DNA from: Centroscyllium fabricii
Taxonomy: Eukaryota
Reading direction: 5' to 3'
Assembly (NCBI GenBank): GCA_051313645.2
Contig: JBNRSN020000005.1
Location: 167,958,001-168,022,000 of the forward strand
Length of the DNA: 64,000 bases
Numbering within the stretch: the stretch's first letter is position 1; every line of letters begins with the position of its first letter. Below the pieces are notes generated by a model, which was given only the letters and a program-made list of their open reading frames with translations, was not told the origin of the DNA and did not search any database. Made by a program: the position numbers and the translations under genes. This document shows positions 63,056 to 64,000 of the stretch, one piece after another.

Positions 63056-64000
63056 ATGCCCAGGAAAAGTTCCAGGAATGCTGCCAGGAGGTTTCGTGGC
63101 CGTGGGCGTGGATGCATGGAGGATGCAGCAACCACACCCTTGCCATCACGCTCACCCTCTGATGGAGAGGATGCTGTTTCCAACGTCTCTCGGCCATCGT
63201 CTGTGGCTGCGTCCGTGGCCTCCACATCCTCTCAGCCAACCATTTTAAAGAAGAGGGCAAAGAAGACAGTGTATTGTCTTTCTGCTGAGGAGGAGCAGCA
63301 GATGCTGGATTTCCTTTCCGATAACGCCATCCTCTGGGACATTAAAAAGACGGAATATCGGAGGGTGGACAAGAAGGGAAAGCTCTGGGCGGATCAGGCT
63401 AAGGACATGGGGAAGACCGTGGAGCACCTTCAAGGGTGGTTCACGTCCCTGCGAGACACCCACACCCGTCTCCACAAGAAGCGAAGCGGTGATGGCGCCC
63501 AGGAACTGACAGAGAGGGAGCAGTGGTTGAAGTCAAAGTTCGGCTTCCTCACGACTGTGGTCCGCCATCGTCCTGAGCCCGTCAAGAGTGTAAGTATAAA
63601 CACATATTAATATCCATAATATTTTACTGTACTTTGCCTCGTATTTTTGCTTTGTATTTTACTAATCATTTGTCATAATTGCAGGTAAAGGAAACCATTC
63701 AAGGACACAGCGGGGACCTCGAGGCTGGCGAGGCTGCCTGTGCAGAGATGCTGAATTGTGACGACAGCACACCCTCACCGGTCCCCAGGGGGAAGCGTGC
63801 CCAGGACGATGAGCAGCTGCGCTCACAGGTGCGGGAGACTGGGGAGATCCTCAGAAATCTGGCGCAGCCTCAGCCCATCACAATAACCTCAGCCTTCGCC
63901 AACTACGTGCGTGACACCCTGGTCAGCATGCCCAAAGAACAGTTCCAGGAGGCAAGGTTGCGCATCAGCAACATCTTTAGTGACATGCTGGTGGAGCCCC
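63056..64000 (+). CDS. Harbinger Myb/MADF-like DNA-binding protein with BESS-like C-terminus; exons 63056-63589 and 63685-(>64000)
   Basis: LDFLSDNAILWD...YR...KLW...WFTSLRD...SGDG; 95-bp GT-AG intron; exon 2 open, including SAFANYVRDTLVSMPKEQFQEARLRISNIF. Confidence 0.85.

Larger units (their letters stand above)
60477..64000. mobile_element. Autonomous PIF/Harbinger DNA transposon; right end outside the window
   Basis: Starts aggccctgtcacac after TTA (60474-60476) within Gypsy pol; (a)acgta subterminal repeats; divergent transposase and MADF genes. Confidence 0.9.

Overview
Eukaryotic, repeat-dense DNA with no prokaryotic features. The mix of CR1/HER1-like LINEs, HE1-like V-SINEs, Deu-type SINEs, L2 and Penelope fragments points to a cartilaginous fish (shark/ray); this is an inference. 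Most of the window is nested transposons. There are seven Gypsy/Ty3 LTR elements or fragments (Mag-like, CsRn1-like, and two copies of a family with no tRNA primer site), a 1.4-kb solo LTR, several MITE families, and an apparently intact two-gene, intron-containing PIF/Harbinger transposon that runs off the right edge. Host content is limited to a tRNA-Ser(GCT) pseudogene and one candidate exon. The strongest signals are: (1) a 13-nt LTR/leader complementarity with compensatory substitutions in place of the PBS in the tRNA-less Gypsy family (possible self-priming and/or poly(A) masking); (2) a perfect 191-bp Penelope palindrome with two opposed minimal hammerhead ribozyme motifs; (3) the intact Harbinger, whose terminal repeats recur between its divergent genes; (4) a MITE family carrying a conserved RFX/CRE-like/CCAAT module. 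All calls were read by eye; family names come from motif recognition, not database searches.
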